Shown here: positions 26,384 through 37,100 of the stretch, one piece after another
Layout of the letters: every line of letters starts with the position of its first letter
Numbering within the stretch: position 1 is the stretch's first letter
Source of the DNA: an uncultured Planctomycetaceae bacterium
GTDB lineage: Bacteria; Planctomycetota; Planctomycetia; Pirellulales; JAEUIK01
DNA length: 64,000 nt
Assembly (NCBI GenBank): GCA_964495375.1
Contig: CAZBWM010000023.1
Location: 2,795 to 66,794, forward strand
Reading direction: 5' to 3'
Program-made: the position numbers and the translations under genes
Notes under the pieces: model-generated
The model's database searches: none
What the model was told of the DNA's origin: nothing
What the model saw: only the letters and a program-made list of their open reading frames with translations

Positions 26384-28432
26384 CTAGCGCGGCGCGGCGG
26401 GCTGATGGCCTGCCGCCGAGGCGGCCGACGCTTGATACACGCGCGGATGAGGCGGTCCCGCGTCAGGCCGGCGCGGCCATGACTCGATCTCGGCCAGATG
26501 CTGCCTGAGCACGCGACGCACCTCGAGTACTGCCAGCGGATGGCGGTGGATCCGCAGGTGATCGGCCGGCACGATAATCTCTGAGTCGACGTTGTCGAGG
26601 TGCGCGCTGTCGTACTCGACGATACCGTCGCCGCGCCCGGCCACTTTCCGCACAAGCGCTTTGTCTTCGATCACCCCGACGATGTTGTGATGGTGGACCC
26701 AAGGAGGGCGTGGTGCGCCGAGCATCACCGGCAGCAGAGGACAGCTCGGCGACAGCGAGTCGATCGAGGTGGTGATATTCAACAACGAGTCGGACGCGAA
26801 AGCGCCGGGGTTCTCACGATAGATCTCTTGGGTGCCGCGGACCATCGCCTGCGGAACCGTGATGAGTTTGTGGGCGGCGAAGCGTGTGAAATCGTTGGCG
26901 AACTTGCTGCCGCGATGCGGTGTGCCAATCGTGATGATCCGCCGCACTGCCGGATTCGCCTGGAAGTAGAAAACCTTTTGCAGATTCTCGTGAACCTCGG
27001 GATCGGCTTTGACTAGCTGGATCGGTTCCTTGGTCACGGTACGCCAGACTTCGTCGCCACTGGAGAAGGACTGCAGCTTGGAGACCAGGCCTCCCATGCT
27101 GTGCCCCACGAGCACCATGTGATCGAGGGCCGGTTCGCGCCGCGCGGGGTCGATCAGTTCGCGGGCGCCGGATAAGTCGCGCCGCATTTGGGCCGCGCTT
27201 ACCCAGAACGGTTGTCCGGTGGGATAGAGATAGAACCAGAACTGATAACGATCGCGAATCTCCGGTGAGCTGCGCAGGTCGTTGAACATTTCCATCCACG
27301 TGATCGGACTCGACCACAGTCCATGCACCATCAACACCGGAATCTTGCCGGGCTGGTAGGGCTGCACCATGTAGAGCCCTTCGAGCCCTTCGTATTTGTC
27401 CGGGTTCAGCAGGCCGAGCGTCGGCAGTTCGGCCAGCGAGGGCTTGTCGAGAAAAAACGCCAACGGCGTCGTCAGGTCGCTTTCCAATGGCACGCGCGTG
27501 CCGGCAACATCGATATCGCGCGTGGTGAGTGGGTCGTAAAACTCGAGTTGGCAACGATGCGACGCGCCGGGCATTGCTTCGCCGCGCGCCGGCACCGCTT
27601 CAAAGCGCAGGAACACCGTGACCGGAAAACTCAGATCGGGAGGATAGAACTTCTCGCGCGGATCGGTTGCGTCGCGACAATGGCGCACCGCGATCAAAGG
27701 CACGCCAAGCCCGAAGCCGCGATACTGATTCGTAAGCCCCTTGACCTCGTAGTCCGAGGCGAACTCCAAGCGGGCAAAATCCTCGTTCTTCCAAGTCTTG
27801 CTCTTCTCGACGACCTCGACGTCGAAGTGCCGCGTGGCGGTTTCCAACTGCAATGCGCCGCCGGGCTGCAGCACGTTTTCTTTGAGCACGATCCGCAGGG
27901 CGCTTTCGAGCGCCTGGTTATACAGATTGCAGGCGCCGCGGAACTCGGGGTCGTAGACGTTGCGCGGCAGACGCGGATCGAACAAAAACTGATGCGAGTG
28001 GACGAGCGTCGCTCCGTACAGATCGAGCGCCTCCTTGGGATCGCCCGTGGCGCGCCGCGCCGCCAGGTAGGCGACTTCGGCGCAGGCGTAATGCGTCTCG
28101 GGCGTCGGTTCGCGCTCGTGATAGCCTTCGACCTGTGCGTACAGGTCGCGTCCGTCGCCGCGCAGTTGCTGCTCGAGACCGAAGCGACGCAACACCTGCA
28201 TCGTGCGCTCGCTCGGCTGCAGGCCTTTGATGGCGGTGAACTGGAACTGGTTCTCGAGTGGGTTTTGCGGTGTCTTGCGAAGCGTGGCATAGCGTTCGGG
28301 ACCACAGCCAGTGGCCGAAAGTGCCAATGCCAGACAGAGCGCAGCGATCACTGCACCAGCGCGCGGCCTAGGCGCCGCGCGCCCCCGGGCGCCGCGCGAT
28401 GATAAACGAAGATCGGCGATGCGTGATGGCAT
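26384..28432 (-). CDS. Lipoprotein with C-terminal alpha/beta hydrolase (lipase/esterase-like)
   Basis: Lipobox ATGC, VLMVHGLWSS, LVGHSMGG, IGTPHRGS, GDGIVEY. Confidence 0.85.
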   Translation of the reverse strand: MPSRIADLRLSSRGARGRAAPRPRAGAVIAALCLALALSATGCGPERYATLRKTPQNPLENQFQFTAIKGLQPSERTMQVLRRFGLEQQLRGDGRDLYAQVEGYHEREPTPETHYACAEVAYLAARRATGDPKEALDLYGATLVHSHQFLFDPRLPRNVYDPEFRGACNLYNQALESALRIVLKENVLQPGGALQLETATRHFDVEVVEKSKTWKNEDFARLEFASDYEVKGLTNQYRGFGLGVPLIAVRHCRDATDPREKFYPPDLSFPVTVFLRFEAVPARGEAMPGASHRCQLEFYDPLTTRDIDVAGTRVPLESDLTTPLAFFLDKPSLAELPTLGLLNPDKYEGLEGLYMVQPYQPGKIPVLMVHGLWSSPITWMEMFNDLRSSPEIRDRYQFWFYLYPTGQPFWVSAAQMRRDLSGARELIDPARREPALDHMVLVGHSMGGLVSKLQSFSSGDEVWRTVTKEPIQLVKADPEVHENLQKVFYFQANPAVRRIITIGTPHRGSKFANDFTRFAAHKLITVPQAMVRGTQEIYRENPGAFASDSLLNITTSIDSLSPSCPLLPVMLGAPRPPWVHHHNIVGVIEDKALVRKVAGRGDGIVEYDSAHLDNVDSEIIVPADHLRIHRHPLAVLEVRRVLRQHLAEIESWPRRPDAGPPHPRVYQASAASAAGHQPAAPR

Positions 28433-28638
28433 CGGGTCGTGCACTTTTGCGGAAGAAATAAAAGCGTAGACGAGCGCCGACGGGACGAGGCTCTCCGGAG
28501 TTCTGCCACACGTGCCGGCCGCGGGGATCGCTGGCCCTGGGGCCGTGCGCGAACCGCTGGCGGTGCTAGCAATTCCTCGGGAGAGTGGGGTGGGACAATA
28601 GCGGCGCGGCGGCGTGGGCGTCAAGAGAGGTCGCCGCG

Positions 28639-30369
28639 TTACCGCGCCGTTTCGACGCGCTCGGCTGGCTTTGCCCGCTTACCTCGGTGAGGTCCGCCGT
28701 TGGTCAGCGTGGGCTCGACGGACGTCTCGGCAGACTCGTCCGGCGCCAGGTCGCCGGCAGCGGAGCTCGCAGCGCCATTGATCTGGCCATTCCCCTCGTG
28801 ATGTCCCGGCGGCGCGAGCCATTCCAATTTGAGGTGCGTGCGGAAGGCACGCTCGAAAAGCTCTCCGCGGCGGCGGGCGCCCCACAAGTCAACTTCGGGC
28901 ATTTCGTCGGCCACGAGCAGAATCTGCACGCTGTGTGGCGCGGCGTCGACCTGCACACTCCGCACTTGCTGGCTGTGGCTGCGATCGAAACCGACCGCCA
29001 ATCGCAAGATGCCGGCCAATTGTCGTACGCGGCGCCGATCCTTGCGCGACAGGCTGCGAAAGTTGGCGTGCTTTTTCTTGGGTCGCGCGCCGCGATGGTA
29101 GCGGGCGATGTTGGCCACGAGCTCCAGCTCGTGCGGCTGGAAGCCGGCCAAGCGGCTGTTGAGTATCAAGTGGTAACTGTGCTTGTGATGCTGATCGTAG
29201 TTGATCAAGTAGCCGACGTCTTGCAACCAGGCCGCGGCTTCGAGCAGCGATTGATCCGACGGGACCAGCCCAAACCGCTCGACGAGTTGCGAGAAAATCG
29301 AAACGGCCAACCGCGCGACGTGCCGACAATGCGGCAAGTCGACCCCGCAGCGGGCCGCAAAGCCCAGGGCACTGGCCTGGCGATCGTGCGTGGGCGTGGC
29401 CGCCGGGCCAAGCGTGGCGTTGACCATCGTCAGCAGCAGGCCGTCGCGGACGCCACCGGTATGCACGGCCAGCGTGTTAACGTGGAACCGCCGCATGACG
29501 CTGTCGATGACTGCCAAACCCGCCACGATAATGTCCGCGCGATCGGGGCTCAGGCCGGGCACCGCGCGGCGCGCCTTCGGTGGCAGCTTGCGTATTCGGT
29601 CCAGCAAGTGACGCACTTCGGCTCGCGACACTTGGTACCCCTGCACGGGCAAGTTGCCCAACCCCTTGGCGGCCATGATCATCGCGGCCAACGTGGTGAA
29701 GGTGCCCCCCGAACCGATTAACAAATGCGGGGCGAAATGCGGTTTGGCCGTGTGCTTGCGCAGCATGCGATCGATGGAGCGGAGCAGCCGTTCGAACTGC
29801 TCGTTGGTCAGGGCCAGTGCACCGCCGTAGCGTTCGGTGAGTCGTACGGCCCCCAGCGGCGTGGTGTCGATCGATTCGATCAGATTATTTGAGGACAGCA
29901 CGATTTCGGTGCTGCCGCCGCCGATATCCACAACGGCGACATTCTTGTTTTCCAAATCGAAACTGCGCTGCACGCCATAAAAGGCCAGCCGCGCCTCTTC
30001 GTCGGCGGTGACGATCTCGATCGACAGGCCGACCTCGTCTTGCACGCGCCGGCAAAATTCGGCGCCGTCGGCAGCCTCGCGCACGGCGCAGGTGGCGATC
30101 GCGCGCAGGTCTTGCACCTGGTAGCCGGTGACGATCTGGTGCATGCGGCGGAGCGTTTGGATGGCGCGCTCGATGGCTTCGGCGTCGAGCCGGCCCGTCG
30201 TGGCCAGATTCTTGCCGAGACGCGTGGCGTCTTTCTCGTCGTCGAGAATGCGATATTTGCCGTCGCGCAGCCCTTCGGCCACGATCATACGGATGCTGTT
30301 GGTGCCGATATCGATCGCCGCCAGCCGATGGCCGAGTTCAGGCGACAGAATGTATTGCTGGCTTTCCAT
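28639..30369 (-). CDS. Ppx/GppA exopolyphosphatase / pppGpp phosphohydrolase with C-terminal HD-like domain
   Basis: AAIDIGTNSIR, ATCAVREA, DEEARL, DIGGGSTE, GSGGT, RADII, GVRDG, HHKHSY. Confidence 0.95.
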   Translation of the reverse strand: MESQQYILSPELGHRLAAIDIGTNSIRMIVAEGLRDGKYRILDDEKDATRLGKNLATTGRLDAEAIERAIQTLRRMHQIVTGYQVQDLRAIATCAVREAADGAEFCRRVQDEVGLSIEIVTADEEARLAFYGVQRSFDLENKNVAVVDIGGGSTEIVLSSNNLIESIDTTPLGAVRLTERYGGALALTNEQFERLLRSIDRMLRKHTAKPHFAPHLLIGSGGTFTTLAAMIMAAKGLGNLPVQGYQVSRAEVRHLLDRIRKLPPKARRAVPGLSPDRADIIVAGLAVIDSVMRRFHVNTLAVHTGGVRDGLLLTMVNATLGPAATPTHDRQASALGFAARCGVDLPHCRHVARLAVSIFSQLVERFGLVPSDQSLLEAAAWLQDVGYLINYDQHHKHSYHLILNSRLAGFQPHELELVANIARYHRGARPKKKHANFRSLSRKDRRRVRQLAGILRLAVGFDRSHSQQVRSVQVDAAPHSVQILLVADEMPEVDLWGARRRGELFERAFRTHLKLEWLAPPGHHEGNGQINGAASSAAGDLAPDESAETSVEPTLTNGGPHRGKRAKPAERVETAR

Positions 30370-30722
30370 CGCAACCGTGGAGCTGACAAGGCCCAAAGGG
30401 GCGGGACAATCGGACATCCGTTTCCGGTAAAGGCGGTCGATGACCGCCGGGTGGGCGCCGGACCGCCTGACGACACCGCCGCCGCTCAAAGGATAGCACA
30501 GCGACGGCCCCGGCGCGAACCGCCACGGGGCGTTCGTTGCCCCGTGAAAGCTGCGATTTCACGCGAACTTCATCGATGGGTTGCTAAGCGCCGCCTGTCG
30601 GCGAACATTGTCAAACCGACGCCGACGACTTGGCGAGCGCCTCGCCGACGGTGTATAAGAACAGAAGAAACTCCGTGCCGATCGCCGCTTCGGCGAGCCG
30701 CACTCTCAGCGAGGCGCCCACG

Positions 30723-31064
30723 ATGTCAGAAGCTCGATACCAATCGTTCGCCGAATTCTGGCCCTACTACGTCCGCGAACACAGCCAGCCGGCTTGCCGG
30801 GCGTTGCACTTCATCGGCAGCACGTTGGCCCTCGTGCTGCTGGGCACGATGTTCTACACGCAAAATTGGTGGCTACTGCTCGTAGGGTTGGTGGTGGGCT
30901 ACGGATTCGCGTGGGTGGGGCACTTCTTCATCGAGCACAATCGGCCGGCCACGTTCAAGTACCCGCTCTGGTCGTTTATCGGCGACTGGAAGATGTGGGG
31001 CCTGATGCTCACCGGGCGGATGCGAGCGGAGGTCGCGCGGGCGCATGCGCTCGTCGCGAAGTAG
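30723..31064 (+). CDS. DUF962 (Mpo1-like) membrane protein
   Basis: YQSFAEFWPYYVREHS...LHFIG...YGFAWVGHFFIEHNRPATFKYP. Confidence 0.88.
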   Translation: MSEARYQSFAEFWPYYVREHSQPACRALHFIGSTLALVLLGTMFYTQNWWLLLVGLVVGYGFAWVGHFFIEHNRPATFKYPLWSFIGDWKMWGLMLTGRMRAEVARAHALVAK

Positions 31065-31113
31065 AGCTTCAGCCCAACGAGCCACGACGCGCCTGGCAAG
31101 AATCAACGGTCCA

Positions 31114-32064
31114 CTACTGGAGCGGTCCTTTCCGCTCGGTCCAACTAAACGGCTGCTGCGCGGCGCGCAGGTCGATGAAGTTGGCGATTCGTTCTTCGAG
31201 TCCGAGCCCCTCGCCGAGCATCTTCGTCCCTTGTAGGCGAGTCTTGTAGCCGATATCGAGAAACAGCATCTGCTGCGGCTTGTCGACGTAAAGCTTCTTG
31301 GCCAGGTTGTGCAACTGGCGCGCGTTCTTGACGGCCTTCGGATCGTTGCCACCGGCTACGATCTGCACGGCCACTTGCCCGGCGATTGGCGGTGTCGTCA
31401 ACATGCTGCCTTGCAGGTTCTTGAATCGCAGCTCCGGTGAAATCAACGTCAGGGCTTTGACGTCGCGCCCTTGCTTGACGGTACTGGCGCGCTGCGAGCC
31501 CCAGGCCCAGTCGCCCCAAGCCCAGCGGATGCCGACCATCGCACCCATCTCAGCCCCGACGATGCAGAGCTTTTCGATATTCAGTTCTTGTTCATTGTTC
31601 TTGCGCATCAAGAAGCGTTTCACGGCTTCGACATCCTCGGTCGCCATGAGATCGAATTCTTCGGGGCGCAAGCGCTCGACGTCGAACCGGCCCGTCGCGC
31701 CGGCGCGCTCCCAGACCAGGCTGTCGCCATGTCCGCGCAAGTCGGGCACAATCACGGCATGCCCCTTTTCGCGCTGCAAGAACAAAGCCAGATCGCGGAA
31801 GTCACCCCGGTTGCCGTGGAACTGGTGCAGCAGAATAACCGGCACCGCTTCCTTCTTCTTGTTGCTGGCGTACCAGGTCGCCTTGAGCTTCACGCCGTCT
31901 TTGGTGACCAACTCGATATCTTCAGGCTCGGGGGGGCCTTTCTCTTCTTCTTCGGCGCCCAGCGTCGTGAGCGGAAATGCCAGGCACAAAGCCAGCGACC
32001 AGGCCAGTAGCCCGCGGCGGTTTAAAGTTGGCGAAGCGGCAAAGCAAGCGCGCGGTCGAATCAC
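31114..32064 (-). CDS. Exported alpha/beta-fold hydrolase
   Basis: Signal peptide, VILLHQ, PDLRGHGDS, nucleophile-elbow-like GAEMGA. Confidence 0.8.
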   Translation of the reverse strand: MIRPRACFAASPTLNRRGLLAWSLALCLAFPLTTLGAEEEEKGPPEPEDIELVTKDGVKLKATWYASNKKKEAVPVILLHQFHGNRGDFRDLALFLQREKGHAVIVPDLRGHGDSLVWERAGATGRFDVERLRPEEFDLMATEDVEAVKRFLMRKNNEQELNIEKLCIVGAEMGAMVGIRWAWGDWAWGSQRASTVKQGRDVKALTLISPELRFKNLQGSMLTTPPIAGQVAVQIVAGGNDPKAVKNARQLHNLAKKLYVDKPQQMLFLDIGYKTRLQGTKMLGEGLGLEERIANFIDLRAAQQPFSWTERKGPLQ

Positions 32065-32308
32065 GGTGGCCCCCGTGTGGAAAGCAAGAAATAACGCCGT
32101 CTTAACCTATGTTAGAAGTGGGACCAGGGGGCGTCAACGCGGGGCAGTTTGGCACGATTGTTCGGCTATCGAATGCCGCATTCCGGCCGGCTTCGCGGCG
32201 CGTTTCGACTGGGAGAAGGCCGCCGCTACGGTACATTGAACAGACTTGGGGGCGCTTGCCGGCGCGCGGCAGCACCAGTGGATCGTTTGTGTCAGGAGCG
32301 TGAGTTTC

Positions 32309-33364
32309 GTGAAGACTTACAACATTACCGAGTTGTTGGGTGACGGCATTGGCACCGAGTTGGCCGCCGCCGTGCGCATCGTCGCCGCCAAGTTTCCGAT
32401 TCGCTTGAATTTCGAGCCGATCGATCTCAGCCTGCGCAATCGCGAAGCCCGCGGCATGCCGATCTACGACGAAGCGATGGAGTCGATGCGGCGCAATCGC
32501 TTCTCGCTCAAGTACCCGACGGTCACCTCGAAGGAAAGCCCCAACGCGGTGCTGCGGCAGCGCTGCAATTTCTCGGTGATCCATCGACCGGTGTCGACGA
32601 TCCCCGGCGTGGTGACAAACTTCCGTCAGCCGCTGGCCCTGAACATCATTCGCGTCGCACGCGGCGGTACCTACGACGATCCTGGCCGCATGATCGGCAC
32701 CGAGGCGGCCGTCAGCTTGCGAATCGTCGAGCGGCAGCCCTGCTGGGAAGCGGCCCGCTATGCGTTTCTGCTCGCGCGCCGTTCGGGGCGCAGCATGACC
32801 AGCGCTTCGAAACGCACGATTCAATCGGGAACCGACGGGCTGTTCGCGCACGTTGTCGAAGAGGTGGCGCTCGACTTTCCCGACGTGCTGCACCAGGAGG
32901 AATTGTTCGACGCCCTGTTGGCCAAAATTATCATGCACCCCGATCGTTACGCGGTCGTGCTGGTGCTTAATGAATACGGCGACTTCCTAAGCGACATGGC
33001 GTGCGGACTGGCTGGCTCGATGGGGATCGGCGCCAGCGCCAGCCTGAGCTTCACGCCTGATGGCCAGGTGCACTTGGCAATGTTCGATCCCGCGGGGGGA
33101 ACCGCGCCCGACATCGCGGGCAAGAACCTGGCCAACCCGACGGCCATCTTCCTGGCTTTGGTGATGCTGCTCTACGAGCTCGATGAGCGCGAACTGGCCG
33201 CCACGCTCAAATCCACCGTGCTTGATCTGCTGCGCGATGGCGAGCGCACCAAGGACCTGGGCGGTTCGCTCTCGACCACGCAGTTCAGCGAGCGCGTGGC
33301 CGACGAATTGGCGAAGCGCCTCTCCGCCGAACAAGCGGCCACGTCTGCCACTAAGAGCAGCTAA
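32309..33364 (+). CDS. Isocitrate/isopropylmalate dehydrogenase family protein (divergent)
   Basis: GDGIGTE, NEYGDFLSD, GTAPDIAGKNLANP; GTG start about 10 nt after AGGAG. Confidence 0.88.
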   Translation: MKTYNITELLGDGIGTELAAAVRIVAAKFPIRLNFEPIDLSLRNREARGMPIYDEAMESMRRNRFSLKYPTVTSKESPNAVLRQRCNFSVIHRPVSTIPGVVTNFRQPLALNIIRVARGGTYDDPGRMIGTEAAVSLRIVERQPCWEAARYAFLLARRSGRSMTSASKRTIQSGTDGLFAHVVEEVALDFPDVLHQEELFDALLAKIIMHPDRYAVVLVLNEYGDFLSDMACGLAGSMGIGASASLSFTPDGQVHLAMFDPAGGTAPDIAGKNLANPTAIFLALVMLLYELDERELAATLKSTVLDLLRDGERTKDLGGSLSTTQFSERVADELAKRLSAEQAATSATKSS

Positions 33365-33437
33365 ATCCGCGGCTATTTCACCGCGTGGCATCGTCGCAGG
33401 TGCGCGATCCCCATGCCGAACGTTGCTGGCCCGGGCA

Positions 33438-34097
33438 CTACATGCCCGGGTTATGCGGCGCGATGTCCGCATGCGCATCGTGCGGATAGAAGTAACGGCC
33501 GATTTCCTCGGCCAGCACGCCGACAAACTCGCGGCGGAACTCGGGTTCGCGTTTTTCCTGCGTAGGAATCGCGTAATTGGGGGGCCAGAGCAACCGCGGC
33601 GGCTGCTTCTTGAAGACGACGTCCCCTTCGTTGTCGCGATCGATCACTTCGATCGAGTAAACCACTTCACCCTGGTAGAGGGTTTGGCCCTGGTAGAGAC
33701 TGAAATGGTCGATGTCGACGTCGACGATCATCTGAGCATCGAGCGCCTTGCCGACTTCGCGCGGGTCGTCCCATTCGTTTTCGTCCATCCAGCGATCGAC
33801 GTCACGGGCGTCGACGACTTCGATCTTGGAGACATTCATCTGCAGCCGACGGCCAAGCTCGGTGGCCAGTTCGCGAGTCACATTGGTGCTCGAAAACTGC
33901 ATCGCGGCCGGCGTGCGGCACACGACCACCACGCGTTTCTCGCGCAGGCCGTTGTACTCCGCCGGAATGCGGTTCCCCTTGACGACGTAAATAGCCGTGG
34001 CCAGCAAGCCGGCACAACCACCGGCGAACATCGGCAACGTCAACACGACCAGGCACAACCATCCGGCCAGTGGGTGACGAAAAGCGCGGCGGTCCAT
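33438..34097 (-). CDS. Hypothetical lipoprotein
   Basis: Signal peptide ending in lipobox AGGC; last gene of the minus-strand run. Confidence 0.72.
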   Translation of the reverse strand: MDRRAFRHPLAGWLCLVVLTLPMFAGGCAGLLATAIYVVKGNRIPAEYNGLREKRVVVVCRTPAAMQFSSTNVTRELATELGRRLQMNVSKIEVVDARDVDRWMDENEWDDPREVGKALDAQMIVDVDIDHFSLYQGQTLYQGEVVYSIEVIDRDNEGDVVFKKQPPRLLWPPNYAIPTQEKREPEFRREFVGVLAEEIGRYFYPHDAHADIAPHNPGM

Positions 34098-34223
34098 CGC
34101 GGAGCCCTTCTGATCTATTGCAGGAAGCCGCCCGGCGTGGGCAGCGTCGTTCACAAGAAAAGCATACTTTCGAGACGTATCGACCCGTCGCGGCGCCGGC
34201 GCAGTTCGCCGGATCGTCACCGC

Positions 34224-34664
34224 TTAGGTCCACAACTTCACGATCCAATCCACGAGTGTGATGGCGATGACCGCAGCGGCCACCGCTACCAGCACCCGAT
34301 CGCTGGGGAGCCGGAACCACAGTCGCCCCGTGGTTGCCGACACCAACGACCAGACCATAGTTACCGCGGCAAGTGCCGCCAATAATGTCCCACCCATGTT
34401 CGCTCGCAGAGCCGACAGCCACTGGCCGCGCACAAAGTGCGCCCAGGAGGTCGTCATTCCGCAAGCCGGACACGGCTTATCAAACAGCATTACGAACGTG
34501 CACGGCGGCAAACCCAATTGTTGATGAGTTCCGCGACCGCGAGGATTCGGTTCGAGCCAGGCGGCGATGGCCAGCAGGGTCGCGAGACCCAAGCCGAGCA
34601 CTGCCAGCCCGCCGCGCACCGACAGGACACGTCGCCCTGGGTTCTTCGTGGTCGCTTGGGTCAC
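34224..34664 (-). CDS. DUF2752 domain membrane protein
   Basis: GTHQQLGLPPCTF...PCPACGMTTS...ANMGG; start uncertain. Confidence 0.8.
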   Translation of the reverse strand: MTQATTKNPGRRVLSVRGGLAVLGLGLATLLAIAAWLEPNPRGRGTHQQLGLPPCTFVMLFDKPCPACGMTTSWAHFVRGQWLSALRANMGGTLLAALAAVTMVWSLVSATTGRLWFRLPSDRVLVAVAAAVIAITLVDWIVKLWT

Positions 34665-34889
34665 GGCCGTTGCATGAAAGGAGCGGGAAAGTATCGTAAC
34701 GCAGTCGCCGGGACAAGAGCGGTTTGCCAGCCGAAGTCGGACGGCTCGCACCTATTGGTAACCGATCGCCAGTCCTCTGCCTTCAGGTCGCCCGCGTGCG
34801 ATTAGCTAGCTTACGCGCTGCCGACGACCGCGAACAGCCGGCACGTGAGTTCGCGCTGGGTGCGGTGTTATGCTGGATTTCGCCCGCGG

Positions 34890-36023
34890 CTACCGCCGCC
34901 GCAAGTTCGGCCGAGCCGGTTTCCCCTTCGACTTTGTCGGGGGCTTTTTCTTCGCGGGTTCTTCCGCGGACTCGACCGCTTCGGGAGCCTTGGCCACGCG
35001 TGGTGAAGTCGTCGCTTCGTCGTCGGTGGGTTTTTCGGCGACGGCATCGGCTGCCGGAGCGTCCACGGTCGGCGCCGGCTTAATCAGCGGTCGCGAAACC
35101 GTGGGGATCGCCGGCACCAGGTCTTCGGTAAAACGCGTCACATAGTGCAAGCTGCTTTGCTCGCCGCTGAAGCCGACGACGCGCTTATCGAGCTCGAGCC
35201 GCTGGGCGAGCAACCGCCCGGCTTTCAAATCGAACTGCAATTCGCCGGCGCTTTGTCGCTGAATGAGCTGGGCTTCGATCTCGGGCTCTTCGCGGATCGG
35301 CGTGATGACCTGTGACTCGACTTCAATCTTGGCGATGCCGTCGCGAACCTCGGCCAGCGTGCAGCGCTGCCGCAGCTTGATCACGCGCGATTCGCCGCTC
35401 GAAAGTTTGACGGTCGTTTCGGAGGGCGCGTACCAGGTGTGGCCGACGGGAATTTCTTCTTCAGGAAGGGGGATGGTCAGCGGCGATTGGGCCTCGGCGT
35501 CGGTCGCAGTGTTTCCCTCTCGATTAACGATGATGCCGCGGAGATCCATGGTCACCCGCGCCAGCACGACGCCCACCGATTGCGCGGTCGCCTCGAAACC
35601 GGCCGGCGGCACGACGTCGGTCGCACTGTTGTAAACAACTTCCTCGCGGCCGCTGATTTTCTGCCGCATTTCGACGTTTTCGACCATGTGCTCGAAGATC
35701 ACCGCCGGCTGGGGGGCCGCGGCCATTTCTTTGACGCGCCACACCTTGATCGAGCGGCTGAGTGTTTCGGCCGTCTGCGTGGAGCCCGACACGGTGGTCG
35801 TCACCCGCGCGCGGTGTTCGACTTGCCAGCGAATGGTCTCACCGGCCTTGAACCGATAGCGGAGCCGATACTTGGGAGCGTCGGCCGCGGTGGCAGGTGC
35901 ATTAGCACCGGCCGCGGGGGCCGGGGCCTCGGTGCTCTCCGCGGCTGGCAAAGCTACGCCGCCGAAGAGCACGAACAGGCCAAAAACGAAAGCCCGTCGC
36001 GCGAGCAGAAATTGAGAGGTCAT
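34890..36023 (-). CDS. Exported hypothetical protein (DUF6263-like)
   Basis: Signal peptide, YRLRYRFKAGE, PLPEEEIPVGHTW, beta-rich body, Lys-rich tail. Confidence 0.7.
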   Translation of the reverse strand: MTSQFLLARRAFVFGLFVLFGGVALPAAESTEAPAPAAGANAPATAADAPKYRLRYRFKAGETIRWQVEHRARVTTTVSGSTQTAETLSRSIKVWRVKEMAAAPQPAVIFEHMVENVEMRQKISGREEVVYNSATDVVPPAGFEATAQSVGVVLARVTMDLRGIIVNREGNTATDAEAQSPLTIPLPEEEIPVGHTWYAPSETTVKLSSGESRVIKLRQRCTLAEVRDGIAKIEVESQVITPIREEPEIEAQLIQRQSAGELQFDLKAGRLLAQRLELDKRVVGFSGEQSSLHYVTRFTEDLVPAIPTVSRPLIKPAPTVDAPAADAVAEKPTDDEATTSPRVAKAPEAVESAEEPAKKKPPTKSKGKPARPNLRRR

Positions 36024-36146
36024 CGATTACCTCGCATCCCTTCGAGGTTAGTTGATTCGTAAGCAATTCGCGGCGATCCGTCGCCACAGGACTTGTTGTC
36101 TTGTGCTGTTGCCGACTTGCTGACTACTTCCGGCGAGGCGGCTCGG

Positions 36147-37100
36147 TCATTCGCCCAGCCGCAACTGACCGCCCCAACCGAGTTTTTCTCGCAAGGTGCG
36201 ATAGTAGCTGTGGCCAGGAACCTCGACGAGCTGAAACTTTGGCTCGGCCCTCACGATCCGCACGCGATCGTAGGGGGCCAAGAGCGACAGCGTGCGACCG
36301 TCGGACACGACCGTAGTGCCCGGGTTCGGCCGCGTGACTTCCAGCTCGTAAGCCCGCTCGGCGGAGTCAACCACCGGGCGATTGGTCAGCGTATGGGGAC
36401 TGATCGGCGACACGACAAACGCCTGCAAGTCCTTGCGCAGGATCGGTCCGCCGGCCGACAAGCTGTGCGCCGTCGAACCGACGGGCGTGGCTACGATCAG
36501 GCCGTCGCAACTATAGGTAGTGACCAATTCTGCGTCAACGTAAAGATGTACTTCGAGAATGTGGAACGGCGCCCCGGCATGCAGCACGACGTCGTTCAGC
36601 CCAAGGTGCGTTTCGATCGCGTGTCCGTCGCGCAGCACGCTGCACTCGAACATTAAATGCTCGACGACGCGATAGTCGCCAGCAGCTAGCCTTGGCAGTG
36701 CTTGCTCGAGCTCGGCTGGGGCCAGGTCTGCCAGAAAACCCAGCTTCCCCAGGTTCACGCCGACAATCGGCCGCTGACGGTAGCCCATCTGCCGCACCGC
36801 GCGCAGAATAGAGCCGTCACCACCCAGGACAATCGCCAGATCGAAGTCGAGCGCCGCCAGGTCGATGCTGGCCTGCAGATCCCAAGCGAGCACTTCGAGG
36901 TGCGCTTCAATGAGCGGGCGCAGTCGCGCGGTCTCGCTCTTCACGCGCGGTCGCTCGGCGGAACCAAGCACAACCACGCGAGGCCGACCCGCGGGACGCT
37001 GAGAACCAGACTGCGGTGCGCTCGCAGCGCCCGCTTGAGCCGCGGCGAGTAAATCGCGCGAAGCGCTCGTCGCTGGGGCACTGCCGCGGCGCATGGCCAT
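36147..37100 (-). CDS. nadK: NAD(+) kinase
   Basis: LGGDGSIL, GVNLGKLGFL, LNDVV, DGLIVATPVGSTAHSLSAGGP; TAATG overlap with the dxs stop. Confidence 0.95.
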   Translation of the reverse strand: MAMRRGSAPATSASRDLLAAAQAGAASAPQSGSQRPAGRPRVVVLGSAERPRVKSETARLRPLIEAHLEVLAWDLQASIDLAALDFDLAIVLGGDGSILRAVRQMGYRQRPIVGVNLGKLGFLADLAPAELEQALPRLAAGDYRVVEHLMFECSVLRDGHAIETHLGLNDVVLHAGAPFHILEVHLYVDAELVTTYSCDGLIVATPVGSTAHSLSAGGPILRKDLQAFVVSPISPHTLTNRPVVDSAERAYELEVTRPNPGTTVVSDGRTLSLLAPYDRVRIVRAEPKFQLVEVPGHSYYRTLREKLGWGGQLRLGE

